DNA of 64,000 nucleotides from Chara braunii (GCA_003427395.1 BFEA01000013.1:1805827-1869826); one strand, 5' to 3'; positions 40,057 through 53,552 are shown, counted from the first letter of the stretch. Translations and numbers: made by a program. The notes: generated from the letters alone by a model not told the origin.

Positions 40057-42733
40057 CAGGTGCAATGTGGTTCTTGAGTCCACGTGGCATCTGTGTTGGG
40101 GATTGAGGTTGTGAGTGAAGGAGGACACGTACCTGGTGGAGGTGGAGGTCGGCATTGGTGTTGACATCATCATCACTCGCTGGTAGTCAAGTTGTCTGGT
40201 TGTTGTCATACTGTAGTTGTAGTGATAGGCTGTAGAGTAGATAGGGCGCCTAGCGCCATTCAGAAGAGAGAGCTACATTGGGTTATGCTGTTGGTGTTGC
40301 CCTGTTGAGCTTGGACATTGACTCACAATTCTTCTGTATCATTCTCAAATGGATGGTTACTCGGTTCCATTGTGCTATCTGCTCTTGCTTTCGCTACTTG
40401 GACTTCAGTGAGATTTTGCGATTTGGATTTTTGTGCTTCGTCCACATTCATGTTCCTTGCATATTTTCATTTTTATTATTATTATTTTATTATTTTTATT
40501 ATTTTTATTATTATTATTATTATTATTTGGGTCGTAGCGAAACGAAATCGAGAGAGAAAGAGACGAGGATGATGACGCGAGGGCACGTACCTCGCATCGG
40601 AGATGGTCTGCCTTGAGTGACATCTTCGAGTACTTCGCTGGCTGCTGACGTCTGCAATTGCATTGTCAATTTGTAGGCAAATAGTAGTTGTGCGGACGGT
40701 AGTCTGGGCGCTGAACGGCAGATAGGCAGTCGACATTGGTTTGTTGATGATGATGAGACTATTCCAGCATTGTCAAATATAGGTTTTGCTGTGTTCTTAT
40801 TTGGTGGACCTCGTGATGCGATCCTGCTGCTGGTTTTTTGAGGTCACGACAGTCTGATCTTGTCTATATACTGCTGTTTGATTTATGAAGTTGCCATCTT
40901 CATGGCATTTTTATTATTATTATTATTATTATTGTGCAATCGTACTCGCTTTCATTTACACTTTTCATGCATGTGAATGGCAGCACAGCAAGCTGGCGAC
41001 ATGCGCCGACTCAATACTCAGAAATATGGCATCCAGATAAGAATCCACTTTCACTGGCAATGGCGACTCAACGCCAAAACAACTCTCTGTTCACATATAC
41101 CAGATCGTCGTGGTTATCCTACACGCGGTAATCTGCACTCACGCAACACACACAGCACACATGCACACTAACTACAGCTATGGCAGTTATGGCTGCCTCT
41201 ACCCTATCGCTGTGCTACGCCCTTCTCTCTCGCCCACTGCGTCCGCCGGGTTCACTGCGGACCTCCTTGCACAAGTCGCTGTGACAGCGCTTCCGCATGG
41301 CTCACGCAGGAATGAATGAAAGGCTGGGTCCTGCCTCTTGATTTATACTCCGGAAACTCGTTGGACGACCCTGTTTCTCTGGCCCACGGTGTACACAGTC
41401 TCAGACGGTACGTGTTTGACTGGACTGGACTGGCTGGACTGGGACTGATTGAGTCCTGCCGCATCCCCGGTGAGAGAAAAGAGGGGGGAGGCAAATAGGC
41501 ACATATATACGGACTGTCGAACACATAGACAATCTGAAGCAGACAGCCAGATACCGGCAACCAGACAGGCTCAACATGGACAGACACAGACCTATCGAGA
41601 CAAGCACAGATGTGCAGGCAGACTGAACCAGACAGGCAGACGGATTGGGCAGTCACCAGATTGGACAGTCAGACACAGACTGTGACACAGGCACGCAGTC
41701 ACACGACGACAGTCACTCTGTGACATGTAAACACATTCACTCAATGGCATAGACACGGTGACGAAGACACTGTAAACAGATAAGTACACAGTGTGACAGT
41801 CACACAGACACACAATGACACATGCACGGTGAAACACACGCATACACAGTGGGACGGACACAGTTATTGTGACATACATAGTCACAGTGGAATAAACCCA
41901 GACATTGTGACATACGCAGTCACAGTGGGACAGATACACACTGTGACATACACGGTTGCACCATGACCTACAGATGCACGATGACGCATAGTCTTACACG
42001 GTGCACAGACACGGTGCACGGTCACACATAGTGCACAGTCGCGTAAACACTACACACACTGTCACTGTGACAAACACACGGATATTGTGACAGACCCGCA
42101 GATACTAAGAGCACACCTACAGGTACTGAGATAATGACGGTGACACTGTGACGCACGTAAACAAATGGAGCAAATACAGTAAAACACTGTGACATACACA
42201 GTGACACAGGCTGTGACATACGCGGTGTGACACAGACTGTGGCATGCACAGTAAAATACAGGTTGTGGTATACACAGTGTGACAGAGGCTATAACATACA
42301 CAACAAGATACAAACATTGACGCACCCAATGTCACACGAACCATGGAAACACATTGTAAGATACAGAATGTAACATACACCGTAACGTACATAGAGAAGG
42401 CACGAATTCAGGTACACAGTCGCACACGGAGTACACGGTGAAGTGACAGTCACTCAGTGATACATGCACCGTGACACATACACAGTAATAGCCACATAGT
42501 CACTCTGTCACACGGTGACACACGCAGTCTCGGTGACACACACAGTAACTAGCACCGCGACACACGCAACAGTTTGCGACATATACAGTGAGACACATAC
42601 ATGGTGACACACAGAGGGGGACATATACACAGAGCGAGGAAGAGAGGGATAGAGAAGGAGAGAATGAAAAAGGGGAGGAGTTATGATAAGGAGGAAACAT
42701 CGACAAAAGGGGCATCTTCTTTCCCTTAGTCTG

Positions 42734-42799
<66 letters not shown>

Positions 42800-43206
42800 T
42801 GTGTCATTATTTATTTTATTATTACCGATTGTTATCGTTTGATTATTTCTACTACCTGTGTTAGTTACTATAACTGACATGCGACATCAATACAGGGTCA
42901 CAGATGAAGAGAAAACATGGGGCATTGGAGAGGGAGGTGACGCTATCCTTTTGCGATAAGTGCCCACCTCCTTCACCCTTCTCCATGCTTAACTTTGTAT
43001 GGTCCTCTCATATACCTGCCTCCTCAAATTTATTCAATTGAGGGTTTGATCACCGTTGAGTTAACCCTGACCTCGACTAGCTCGAAGGGCCAGCAATCGA
43101 TTGCATGAATTATACATGATCGATGACAGGGCGATTGCGGGAGCTCTGCCGGAGTTCAGGCGGAACTCTGGAGGCAGGAAATAGTGAGGTATGGGTGCTC
43201 TAACAT

Positions 43207-43240
43207 AAAACCTAAACCCTAAACCCTAAACCCTAAACCT
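43207..43240 (+). repeat. Short (CCCTAAA)n telomere-type / telo-box tract (also ~57757-57790)
   Basis: AAACCTAAACCCTAAACCCTAAACCCTAAACC just after the predicted splice donor. Confidence 0.8.
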
Positions 43241-43659
43241 ATAACCTCAATAATACTAATAAATAAGACCACTTCGGGTCAAGGGTCCCTCAGGGCTAAA
43301 CCCGAGGGGCAGAAAGACAAACAGTAATGCTTGAATAAGGGAGGATAAGTATGATCTGTCTTGGTGAAATGACTGGCCAAATGTAACTGATTGCTTCTAG
43401 ATACAACGATCTTGCTGTGACGACATTTCTCGAAAATATGGATGCGAGGGATCAACTTCTCACGATCGTTCTCTGTACATACCGCCTAAACGATGATGGG
43501 TACCCTTAATTTGAGCTTGCTATGATCAACTGTCATGGATTACACCGGTCATTTCTCATTATGCATCTGATCCAGCGTTAATTCTTAAAACTAACAACGA
43601 TTCAGGGCTCGAATGGTATCAAAGGCAATAACTTGGTCCGTCGATAAGGCTTGTGTGGG

Positions 43660-45200
43660 GGTAAGAGTAGCAGGGCCGCATGAAGCCTGCCTTATCGGTG
43701 ACTGGCCGCATGATAAGAGTAGCAGGGTCTATGAAACCTGCCTTATCAACGACTAGCCAAGTGATAAGAGTAGCAAGGCTCCATGAAAAGGTTCTGCCTT
43801 ACCACCGATGAGTCTTACATTCGGTCAGTGATAAGAGTAACAGGGTTCCTTAAACACCCGCCTTATTGATGACTAACTAGTGATAAGAGTAGCAGGGAAA
43901 GCCAGCCTTATCAGTGACTAGTCTGATATAAGAGTAGCGAGGTTTCAAGGACACCTGCCTTATCATTGACCAATCTAACCTTCTTTCAGTGGTAAGAGTA
44001 GCATGATTCNNNNNNNNNNNNNNNNNNNNNNNNNNNNNNNNNNNNNNNNNNNNNNNNNNNNNNNNNNNNNNNNNNNNNNNNNNNNNNNNNNNNNNNNNNN
44101 NNNNNNNNNNNNNNNNNNNNNNNNNNNNNNNNNNNNNNNNNNNNNNNNNNNNNNNNNNNNAAGCCTGCCTTATCAATGACTAGTCTGATATAAGAGTAGC
44201 GAGGTTTCAAGGACACCTGCCTTACCATTGACCAATCTGACATTCATTCAGTGGTAAGAGTAGCAGGGTTCCTTGGACACCCGCCTTATTGATGGCTAGC
44301 CAGTGATAAGAGTAGCAGGGGAAGCCTTCTTATCAGTGACTAGTCTGATATAAGAGTTGCGACGTTTCAAGGACACCTGCCTTATCAGTGATCAGCCTCA
44401 CATTCATTCAGTGGTAAGAGTAGCAGAATTCCTTGTACACCTGCCTTATTGAGGTCTAGCCAGTGGTAAGAGTAGCAGGGAAGCCTGCCTTATCAGTGAC
44501 AAGTCTTATATAAGAGTAGCGAGGTTTCAAGGACACTTGCCTTATAAGTGATCATCCGAACACTTAGTTAGTGGTAAGAGTAGCAGGGTTCCTTTGACAC
44601 CCGCCTTATTGATGGCTAGCCAATGATAAGAGTAGCAGGGGAAGCCTGCCTTATCAATGACTAGTCTGATATAAGAGTAGCGAGGTTTCAAGGGCACATG
44701 CCTTATCATTAACTGATCTAACATTTTTTTTCGGTGATAAGAGTAGCAGGGTTCCTTGAACACCTGCCTTATTGAGGTCTAACCAGTGATAAGAGTAACA
44801 GGGAAAGCCTGCCTTATCAGTGACTTGCCTGATATAAGAGTAGCAGGGTCTTAAGGACAACTGCCTTATCAGTGATCATCCTAGCACTAAGTCAGTGATA
44901 AGTGTAGCAAGATTCCTTGGACATCTGCCTTATTGATGTCTAGCCAGTGATAAGAGTAGCAGGGAAAGTCTGCCTTATCAGTGACTAACCTGATATAAGA
45001 GTAGCAGGATTTCAAGGACGCTTGCCTTATCGGTGATGAGCCTTACACTCGGTCAGTGATAAGAGTAGCAAGGTTCCTTGGATACCTGCCTTATTGAGGT
45101 CTAGCCAGTGATAAGAGTAGCAGGGAAAGCTTGTCTTATCAAGTGACTTGTCCAATGTTAGAGTAGCGAGGTTTTAAGGACACCTGCCTTATCAGTGACT
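43660..45200 (+). repeat. Array of at least 26 bulged stem-loops in the E 5' LTR, three-unit ~160-bp higher-order repeat
   Basis: GATAAG-AGTA-GCAGG-loop-CCTGC-CTTATC; same unit type recurs at 44251, 44411, 44571, 44733, 44894, 45056. Confidence 0.93.
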
Positions 45201-46850
45201 AGCTATGGGTTAAGCCTACCACTAAGTGTGCTTCAGCGCACAGGGGCCAAGACTCATAAGGTTTGTCCTTGTCAAACAGGCTTCAGTAACAAGTGGATAA
45301 ATCCTGAATGGTCTGTCATACCATCACTAACTTTCTCCGCGATCTGCATCGTTCAGTCCTAACTTACTATCTCTGATTCTACTGGGAGGTAAAGTGAGAT
45401 CTTGACTTAGAGAAGCTTATCACCCTTTGAAATTCTTATTCGAGCTTTATCACGTGATTCCTTTCTCAATTGAATGAATTGTATTGCTTGTGGTGGCTAG
45501 GGACATGGGGCTCATAAAAAGAAGGAAACTAAGTACAATCGCAGGGAAGCAGGGGCGAAGAATGAGCTTTGTTCGTCGCCTGGACCGACTGGGCAGCGAA
45601 CTGACAGTTAGATCAGGATAGAAGTTAGGTAGTAGGTCGACGACATGCAAAAAACTTTTGGTCACAAGTCTAGAAGGGATCTTGTAGGACCCAAAGAGAG
45701 GATGCTGAGATTCTTTTGGACCATGTTGTATCTACAGATTCATCACTCTTGGAGAGGACTACGGAAGAAATCCGTAAGGAACTGCAAATTTTGTTATCTC
45801 TGGATAACAGGTCGGTATAACTCCGACTCGACTTCCACATGGCTTGATACCCACACCTAAGACAAGACCTAAGAAGGGATTAGATAAATCTTCCTCCTGT
45901 ATCTACACCTAGATTTGGCCAAATCACACTCAGAGGTCTTTGAAAATGTGAAGGACTGGGGTAAAAGGAGTTGGGTTTAGAAAGGAATATTGTTTTCAAG
46001 GTTTTGGGGCGTGAGTGGCTTGCTATGAATGGGTTAAAGGTTGATGCTTTTAGCGCATTCTGTGTCTGCATCTGTATGCGTGTATGTGTTTTCATTGCAT
46101 CTGTACAGGTGTTGGGCATTGAATTATCTTCTGAATTTTGGGATCATCTGGGGATATTCGGACAACAGGTCACAACAATTGTGAAAGTAAGGTCAACCGC
46201 TCATTCAACTCCCCTAATTTACATACAACCGCTCATTCAACTCCCCTAATTTACATACATACTTATATATATATATATATGTGAGTGAGATGATAGTTGG
46301 TCGGGGCTCAGAAAGTCATCTGTCTAGGTTCTGTTTGAAAGAATGGGAGAGTACAAAGGGGTCTGATTCTGACCTTCTCATATGGTCAACAAAATAAACA
46401 TAGAGTCATTATCACAGTTAGCTAAGCGTAGAAGACTGTCCGAGAAAATTGACCTGATTAGATAGTCGGTCCGGGGAATTAACACCTCGGGGCACGACAC
46501 ACGGGTCAGTCTTAAGGCGTTCTACCACGTGTATCATGCCTATGCTACGACGATCGAGAAAACGCCTGGCTGACCTACCTCTGCGATTGCATGTAAAAGC
46601 CTTCGCACGTGGGTTAGTAGCTCAGCAGGGATACGCCCACCTAAGGGATGGTGACAGCTCCTACGGGTGGAGGTATGTTGAACCTTGCGGGACCCTAACC
46701 TGTCGTAGGGAGTCGCGAGAGGTATAGCACGCCCGCACGGTCAGAGTTGGTATTGCGTAAAGTCACAAGAAAACTCCTGCGTGATACGACCGTGAGGTCC
46801 GACACAAAAACTACTTTGCCTCTGGGTGTGAGACCGCCGCGCGCGACAGG

Positions 46851-46870
46851 TGACGCCGTTGTCGGGGATC
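46851..46870 (+). promoter_or_regulatory. Primer-binding site of element E (tRNA-Asp)
   Basis: TGACGCCGTTGTCGGGGATC, 18/20 match to the complement of the tRNA-Asp 3' end. Confidence 0.9.
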
Positions 46871-49674
46871 TCGCTTCCTAGCCAAGGTCCTCAGTGAACG
46901 AGCTCGGGTATGGTAAGTCGATGATCTAGGCAAAACGACAATTCTAATCCACGTACTGGGATATAGTTTGACCAAGGATTCTGAGTGGGGAGTACGCAAG
47001 GGTGGTCATAGCGTATAAACCACTCGAAGATTATAGAACAGAATAGGTACTAGGAGTGAATGGGTGGTACAAGTAAGACGACAGTCAATGAAAACGTGTG
47101 ACAAGGATCGCCCTAGAGAGTGAAAGGAGAAGTATTCCATTGATAATAACCTGAGGTTATCTAGAATCCTTTAAAGACCAAGGGTATTGGGTCGGATAAC
47201 CTTAAAGGCTTTATTGTCTAGCTATTGTCCTCGCATTAATATGGTACCCAAAGGCCGCGGGACTGGTACTGGGAGAGGAAGAAGCGTAAGGTAAGGGAAG
47301 ACCGCCGAGAGGCCTATAGATTTGACCAAAGAGTGGGAGGATTGAAAAAAGGGAGATGGAGGGCTACATGAGAAGGAAGAAGGGGTAGAGGCTCGTAGGC
47401 ATCAGGACGAGTGGAGTGAGCATATCCCGTCTCCGGGAAAGATTACGTGTTACGAACGTGAGAGGCATTACGGCACCTCACCTCTGCGTTGCGAGTCACC
47501 AAGTTCCCGTCACTTCGGGTCTTGTCCACCGCCTTCTTCCTCTGCTCAAGAACGAAACAATTGACTGTCCTTCCTCAATCCTGACAACCAGAGTTTCAGT
47601 CAATGCCTCATGTTCCTGATCCTTCTATCGTCTCTCAATCCGCATCGCTCGACCGGAGATTGTGCGTCTCCCTTGTGATGTTCTTGTTATATCGACTAAA
47701 GATTTGCGGGTTGATTTCCTACTTGTTGTACAAGAGAATTATAAGAAGCATTGAACGAGCATTTAAGAGAGTCGAGAATTGTGAAGGAGTTAAGGATGAA
47801 CAGATATAATGAGAAAGATGTCAGGATCTTTAGGGAGTGACCCTAGGAGGTGAGGATAGGTGAAAGTTGTATATGGTACTTACTGTCAATAAGTAGAGTC
47901 CGATGATTTAGCTAGGAGATAGAAGTTGAAGAAGATAGTAATGTGCTTATTTAAGCGGGTATCAAATTAGAAACTTGAAGTGTAAGACAAGTGAGATAGG
48001 GGGTAGATGAACTAAAGAGGTGGATTGAGTACGTAACTCGTGCACGAGAATTGACTCATTTAGACTTTTGTTAGTCTAAGGGTTGTTCTTGCGAGCAAAG
48101 TTTACGGGTGGAGACCTGTTTACTCAGAAGTCTAGCGGATCCACAAAAGAGGACGAACAGAATGGGTAGAACGACTTATTAGGCCAACTGTAGTTGCTTG
48201 CAAGAATAGGCACATAATCCTAAGTTTAGTCAGTGAGGCAGTGAGGAAATATGTGTCAAACCATCTTGTTTATGTTCAACTTGATGGCTATATCCATTCA
48301 TGAGGATAGTTGTTTAAACTCATCCACCCTGGACCATCTACTTGAATATACCCAGTTGAATCTAAGCGTTTAAATCCATTCTCTTGAGGCCGTTCATTTC
48401 AGGTTATCCATTTAAAAATTATTCATTCATGTCAATCTATTCTAAGTCTATTCACGTGAAACTATCTATCTGATGCATTTTAATTGCTTGAGTTTTCCAT
48501 CTGAGTTTATTTATTCCAGACTGTACACTTAAATTCATCCGTCTCAGTTAATCAAATTCTGCTATTCGTCTATATTTTGAGCTCGTTTGTCTGGATTGCT
48601 CTCCTTATAAAGGATAGAGAAGTTACGCAGAATCCACGTCCGACGCAGGGTCGGGGGTGAATGGAGTGAGCAACTCCTTGGGAGAAGAAATTCTCTCAAG
48701 AGTTGGTCAATGTGTAGAGTCTATTCTTGAGAGAGTTACAATCCTAAGTTATCCTTTCCCTGACAGATGGTTTGAAGGAGCTATAAATTCGTCTTCTAAG
48801 GTAGTAGTGAGACCCACGCCGGAACTATGTTGCACATAGTGGGGTGTTGTCACCTGACCCTTTGAGGAATGGTGACTACATTACTACTGAGAAGGAGGAA
48901 AGTGTTTAAACCTTGTTAGACTATGGTCTATGATGGAGGCAACTACTGCGTACCGCAAGGAGGTAGGGGGTGATTCCCCAACTATCTTTGTATCAAGTGA
49001 GTTCACTATCATCAGAAAGGATATGTCATCCTGGAACGTGTACGGTGAGGTTGTCTACCAATTGACAAGAGTCTGCAAGGGACGGATACTGGAATCGGAG
49101 GGTGAAGCAGTGAGACTTGGTCCTTGAGCGGGGCTCAGAGTCTAAGATGTTATCCCTTTAAAGGATTACACTGCCCCTTGATACAATATACTCATGTCAA
49201 AGCCGAGGGAGTAGAAAATAGTACTCTTATTATCTTTGCATTCAGAAACATTTATCATTAAAAACTTTATTGACTACAGCATGACTATTGTTTATGATCG
49301 TAACAGGTACCATAAGTTTTCCGTCATCACCAATGCATGCATATGCTTACTAGGCTTGTCTCTTCGCTGCTAAAACTATTTACATACCGAACTATTATAA
49401 CTATTAACTATTATGAGTGCTATGGCAGTATGTCCTCATTATGAGTCACAGTCATTATAATAATTTATGACCTTCACAAATTATAAATGCATTGCTATCG
49501 CAATATACTTTTATGACCTGCTTTGAATGGTCTTAGGCGTTTGGAGGTTAGCAATGATAGTAAGGTATGGTTTGAATATTACATTTCGGAAAGAATATAG
49601 TAGGAAGGAGAAACTCTGTAAAGTGATGAGAGGTTTTATTAGGCGTTTGTCTATATGAGCAGGACCTAGGGGTA

Positions 49675-49839
49675 GCAGAAGAAGGACACTTCAGGGACGA
49701 TTGTGAGGTTTTTGCCAGATACATTAAGGCAAGGATGACTGAGTTTGATGCACAAGGGAAGTTGGTTGCCAACGTTGGACAGACAATCCCCAAGACATCC
49801 AAGGATGACATGATATAACTTCACCAGATACTGGGGTTG
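49675..49839 (+). pseudogene. Remnant of the C-terminus of the extra ORF in element E
   Basis: AEEGHFRDDCEVFARYIKARMTEFDAQGKLVANVGQTIPKT aligns with TEEGHFRYDCTILAEYIRKGMVRFDSRGRLVTSNGQTIPKT of element A. Confidence 0.85.
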
Positions 49840-51403
49840 GATAACACCTTCCTAGTTTAGAAACAAGTGGGTGTATGAACTTCTTAATAAATTGAGGTGT
49901 TTGTTGGGTAAGAGAGAACATGGATAAGTAGAGTGCAGTCTGAAAAGAGGACAAATGTTTTTTCTTTGAGTTTTGATAGGATAAAGGTTTAGAGTAGATG
50001 ATAGTATAGGAAAATGCATCGACATTTGAGGATAAGGAAGAAAGAGATGAGTCGCAAGTCTGACTTATTATAACATACGTTATATTTATATATATATCCA
50101 AAGGGGATGAGCTGGTGACCACGAACACTTTCACGTTATGAGTGAATCCTTGTCTACGATTGAGTCTTTTGTAAGTCAGTATCTCCCTTTGTCTATCACT
50201 ATTGAACTCATTTGAGACCTAGAGATGGTGGTAGAGGAACGAGCGGATCAGTACCTTGTGTGAAAGTCAGTGAAAGGTTGTACGACCAAGATCTTGGAAG
50301 GATTGATTATATGTTTGAGAAACCATGCTACGACATGGACAAACCTATTTCAATGAGTTAAAACGTTTGCGATCATTTTTGAATGGGATGTTTGTTTTGG
50401 TGGTTTCAGACCAGCAAAGAGTCAACAAATATTTATTTCATTTAAAAATAATATTTATATATATATATATATATAATACAAATGACCCCGAGGTACGTGC
50501 CTCACCGAGCTATGATCAAAGACTTGGAGGGCACAACCCTGAGTGGAAGTCTGACGATTGCTCAATTTATTAAAAATCTCATTTATTTGGTTTATTTTAA
50601 AAACATCGTTCATCAATTTCAAGGGTTAACCTGAGGGCATAAATTACCAAGCCTATGGTGGAAAATTGGCATTGTTGGGACGTAACTCCCAGTGTGGGCT
50701 GCTGACCTAGTGTAACCAGGCAGCGGACCCTTCGACTATGGCCTCGAAGAGAAACTAGAGGGGTGACCAACCCAATGAAAGGATCTATTCAGGTGGATGT
50801 CGAAGGGGTCGAGATTAGTCTTGAAATCTATAATTTTAAAGATAGGATGAATATCTCATCGTTGCGCAACCAACGGGGATAACCACCGATAAGCAACAAC
50901 GCGGTGGGTCGCAGCTCCGGCCTGATCAGCAGGACTGTGGTGGGTCATGATGGAGACCGTTGCCCTCCTGTATTAGGCTTCGAGCAGGACGACAGACATT
51001 TTTGGATTGTGATATCAAGATTTGAACACCCAAGGTCTCGGTTAGGACCTGCGTTTGACGGGATGAGTTCGTACGCGAATACCAACCCTGAAAACAACCA
51101 GCGAATACCTGGGTCAAAAGTCTAAGGGTATGGGGAAAGGAAAGGCGCGTTGTCATACTTAACTATTTCATATACTGTAGTACTGATCAAGTATCCCCAC
51201 TTCAAGTCATTCAATTATTTTATAATGTGGGAGACCCGGGTTAGAATCTCTGCAGTAGTAATGAAAAGTGAGGTGACGACGTCAATCCTAAACCACATCT
51301 CATTCCAGGATTCGGATTTGACGATTTGCTTGTCGGAAAACATCTTTTGTTTGCATATAGTTCTTCAGGCGACGGGGACGTCGCTTAATGGGGTCTGGGA
51401 TAC

Positions 51404-53469
51404 TGTCGGACCAAATACCCTTACAAGGGTATTTGACCATGCTTTTACATTCGACACGGTGACGGCATCGGCTACCATGATGGAGCCAGTCTGGAATGGA
51501 AAGGGTGTGCACGCTTGGGCGTGACGCTCGAAACGAATCCCTCGTCCAATGAGGTCGGGGAAAAATCGGTGAGAAAATTTCGATAAGTATGCACGCGCGT
51601 TATTGTGACGTGCGCTCTAATGGTTAAAATCGGTAATAATACCCTTCGACTGAAGAGGTCGAGGGATCGATTGGGTTAAGTGTTATGACGGGTAAACCTA
51701 CAACCTACACCATGACGGAGGCTTAAGCGTTCGTACGATAGTCAAGTTAAAATTAATATACGCCTCGACCGTACGGGCGGAGCAATTAACAATGAGTGAT
51801 CGTCAGGTAAAGGTAGCACCCTGAAATGCTAAGAGCTTGGCCCAAGCGGTATACCACGAGTACGACTAAGGGTCTTACCCGAGTTCCCGCATATGGCGAA
51901 GCGTTTGTCTCTTGAACGGTGACTTCCTGACTGCGCGGCACGCCTGCCTTTACTAGGTATGGTACCAGCCTACCTGTTACTTGAGTGTTTTCCCCGTTGT
52001 TCTGAGTATGCAGGTTTACCTCGCTGCCTTATAACTTTTCTGCCGCGTCCCTCAAGGCCACGACTACAGGTAAGTACTTGGCCTACGGGCCTTCTGAGCA
52101 ACTAAGTGCCCTTGCGGGTCACACACACGCCCAAGCCGACAGACATGCAGACCGGCATGCGTACGCACACACAGACTTGGAAAACAGCCTCAGGCCACTA
52201 AGTAGGTCGAGCCCTCGATCCTCTATATGTACCTGAGCGGCTCCTTTCTTAACCAGAATAGGAGTTAGCTCAGTTGGTTAGGTATAGATTGACAAGCGGG
52301 AGACACAGGGATCGAGGTGTACCGCCGCTGAGACTAGCTCCTTTTGAAAAAGGAGCCCTGCTTTTCTTTTTGCCCAGTTTCGAGTGGTCGGGGCTTGAAC
52401 CCGCGATCACAACATTAAGAGTAGTTATAGTTAGGTTGTTTTCCCAACAATTGGTACGACGGAAGAGTTAGCAGTTGAATTTTTTTTTTTTTTTCTTTAT
52501 TTTATTATTATTAGATTCGATTTTTAATTTTAAATTCTTTATATGTATGTATATTTTTATTTCTTTTAATTTTTTTAATCCCGTAGTTACTCTCCACAGA
52601 TTTTCTTTAGTGAATCTGTGTAAGGAAGCCGGGCAGATTCATTCAGCAAAGTCTGCTCGATTCAAAAAATGATGTCGAGGACTTGGTCGGCGCGATTTGG
52701 ACTGAGTGCTCGTCGGATGATCAGCGAACGCACGAGGAGCGGCGAAGATGGTCGCGCGGTGGTAGCAAGAGGGGAGACGAGCGGAGAGAAAGGAGGAGTA
52801 TTGCGCGGAAGAAGGGCGACACACGGGAGAGTAACGGGAGGAGTAATGGTAGGAGAAGATAGAAGAAGAAGAAGAAGTAGGAGGGAAGGAGGAGGAGGAA
52901 AAGAAGAAGGAGGGAGAAAGGAGAGGAGGAGCCGAGGGAAAAGGAAGAGCGGGCGCGATGGGAAACAGCGGGCGAGTAGGAGGTGGTGCGGGGGGATCAA
53001 CTAAGAAGATGCACGGTAGAAGGTAAGTGCGGGAAGCAGCGGAGATGACGAGCGGGATAGCGGAGAGGAGGAAGATGGCCGCGCACGCAAAGAAAGTAGT
53101 ATCGGAAGAAGAAGAAGGAGAAGAAGGAGAAGAAGAAGAAGAAGAAGAAGAAGAAGAAGAAGAAGAAGAAAAAAGAAGAAGAAGAAAGAGGAGGAGGAGG
53201 AAAAAAGTAGAGGGGGAAAGCACTTACCTGATCGTGCGGTCAGATGATTGCGGCTCCGACGACGACGACGAGAACAAACTAACAACGTGCCGACGACGAC
53301 GACGACGACAACAAGCCAACGACGTGCCAACGACGACGACGATGACAATGGCGATGGCAAGGGAGCAAGAGAGAGAAAGCGGGTAAATCTCCTACCCCAA
53401 GGCTAGCCGCACAGTACTTGGATCGGAAGACTCATTCCACTTTTGCTCGTCCAATCGTGGAGTGTGTGT

Positions 53470-53552
<83 letters not shown>

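Larger units (their letters stand above)
37204..46848 (+). repeat. 5' LTR of element E (~9.6 kb)
   Basis: Direct repeat of 51404-61390; TG...CA; followed by the PBS. Confidence 0.92.

Noticed and set aside
36293-42880. Numerous low-complexity ORFs (poly-I, poly-N, RE, CV, HT, S/L-rich)
   Set aside because: Translations of microsatellites and simple sequence inside LTRs
43207-43240. Telomere or chromosome-fusion scar
   Set aside because: Only about four units, at the same position in both LTRs, so part of the element
43660-45200. CRISPR array (also 2551-3048 and 58208-59730)
   Set aside because: Linkers are short and recur periodically rather than being unique spacers; no cas genes; eukaryotic LTR context
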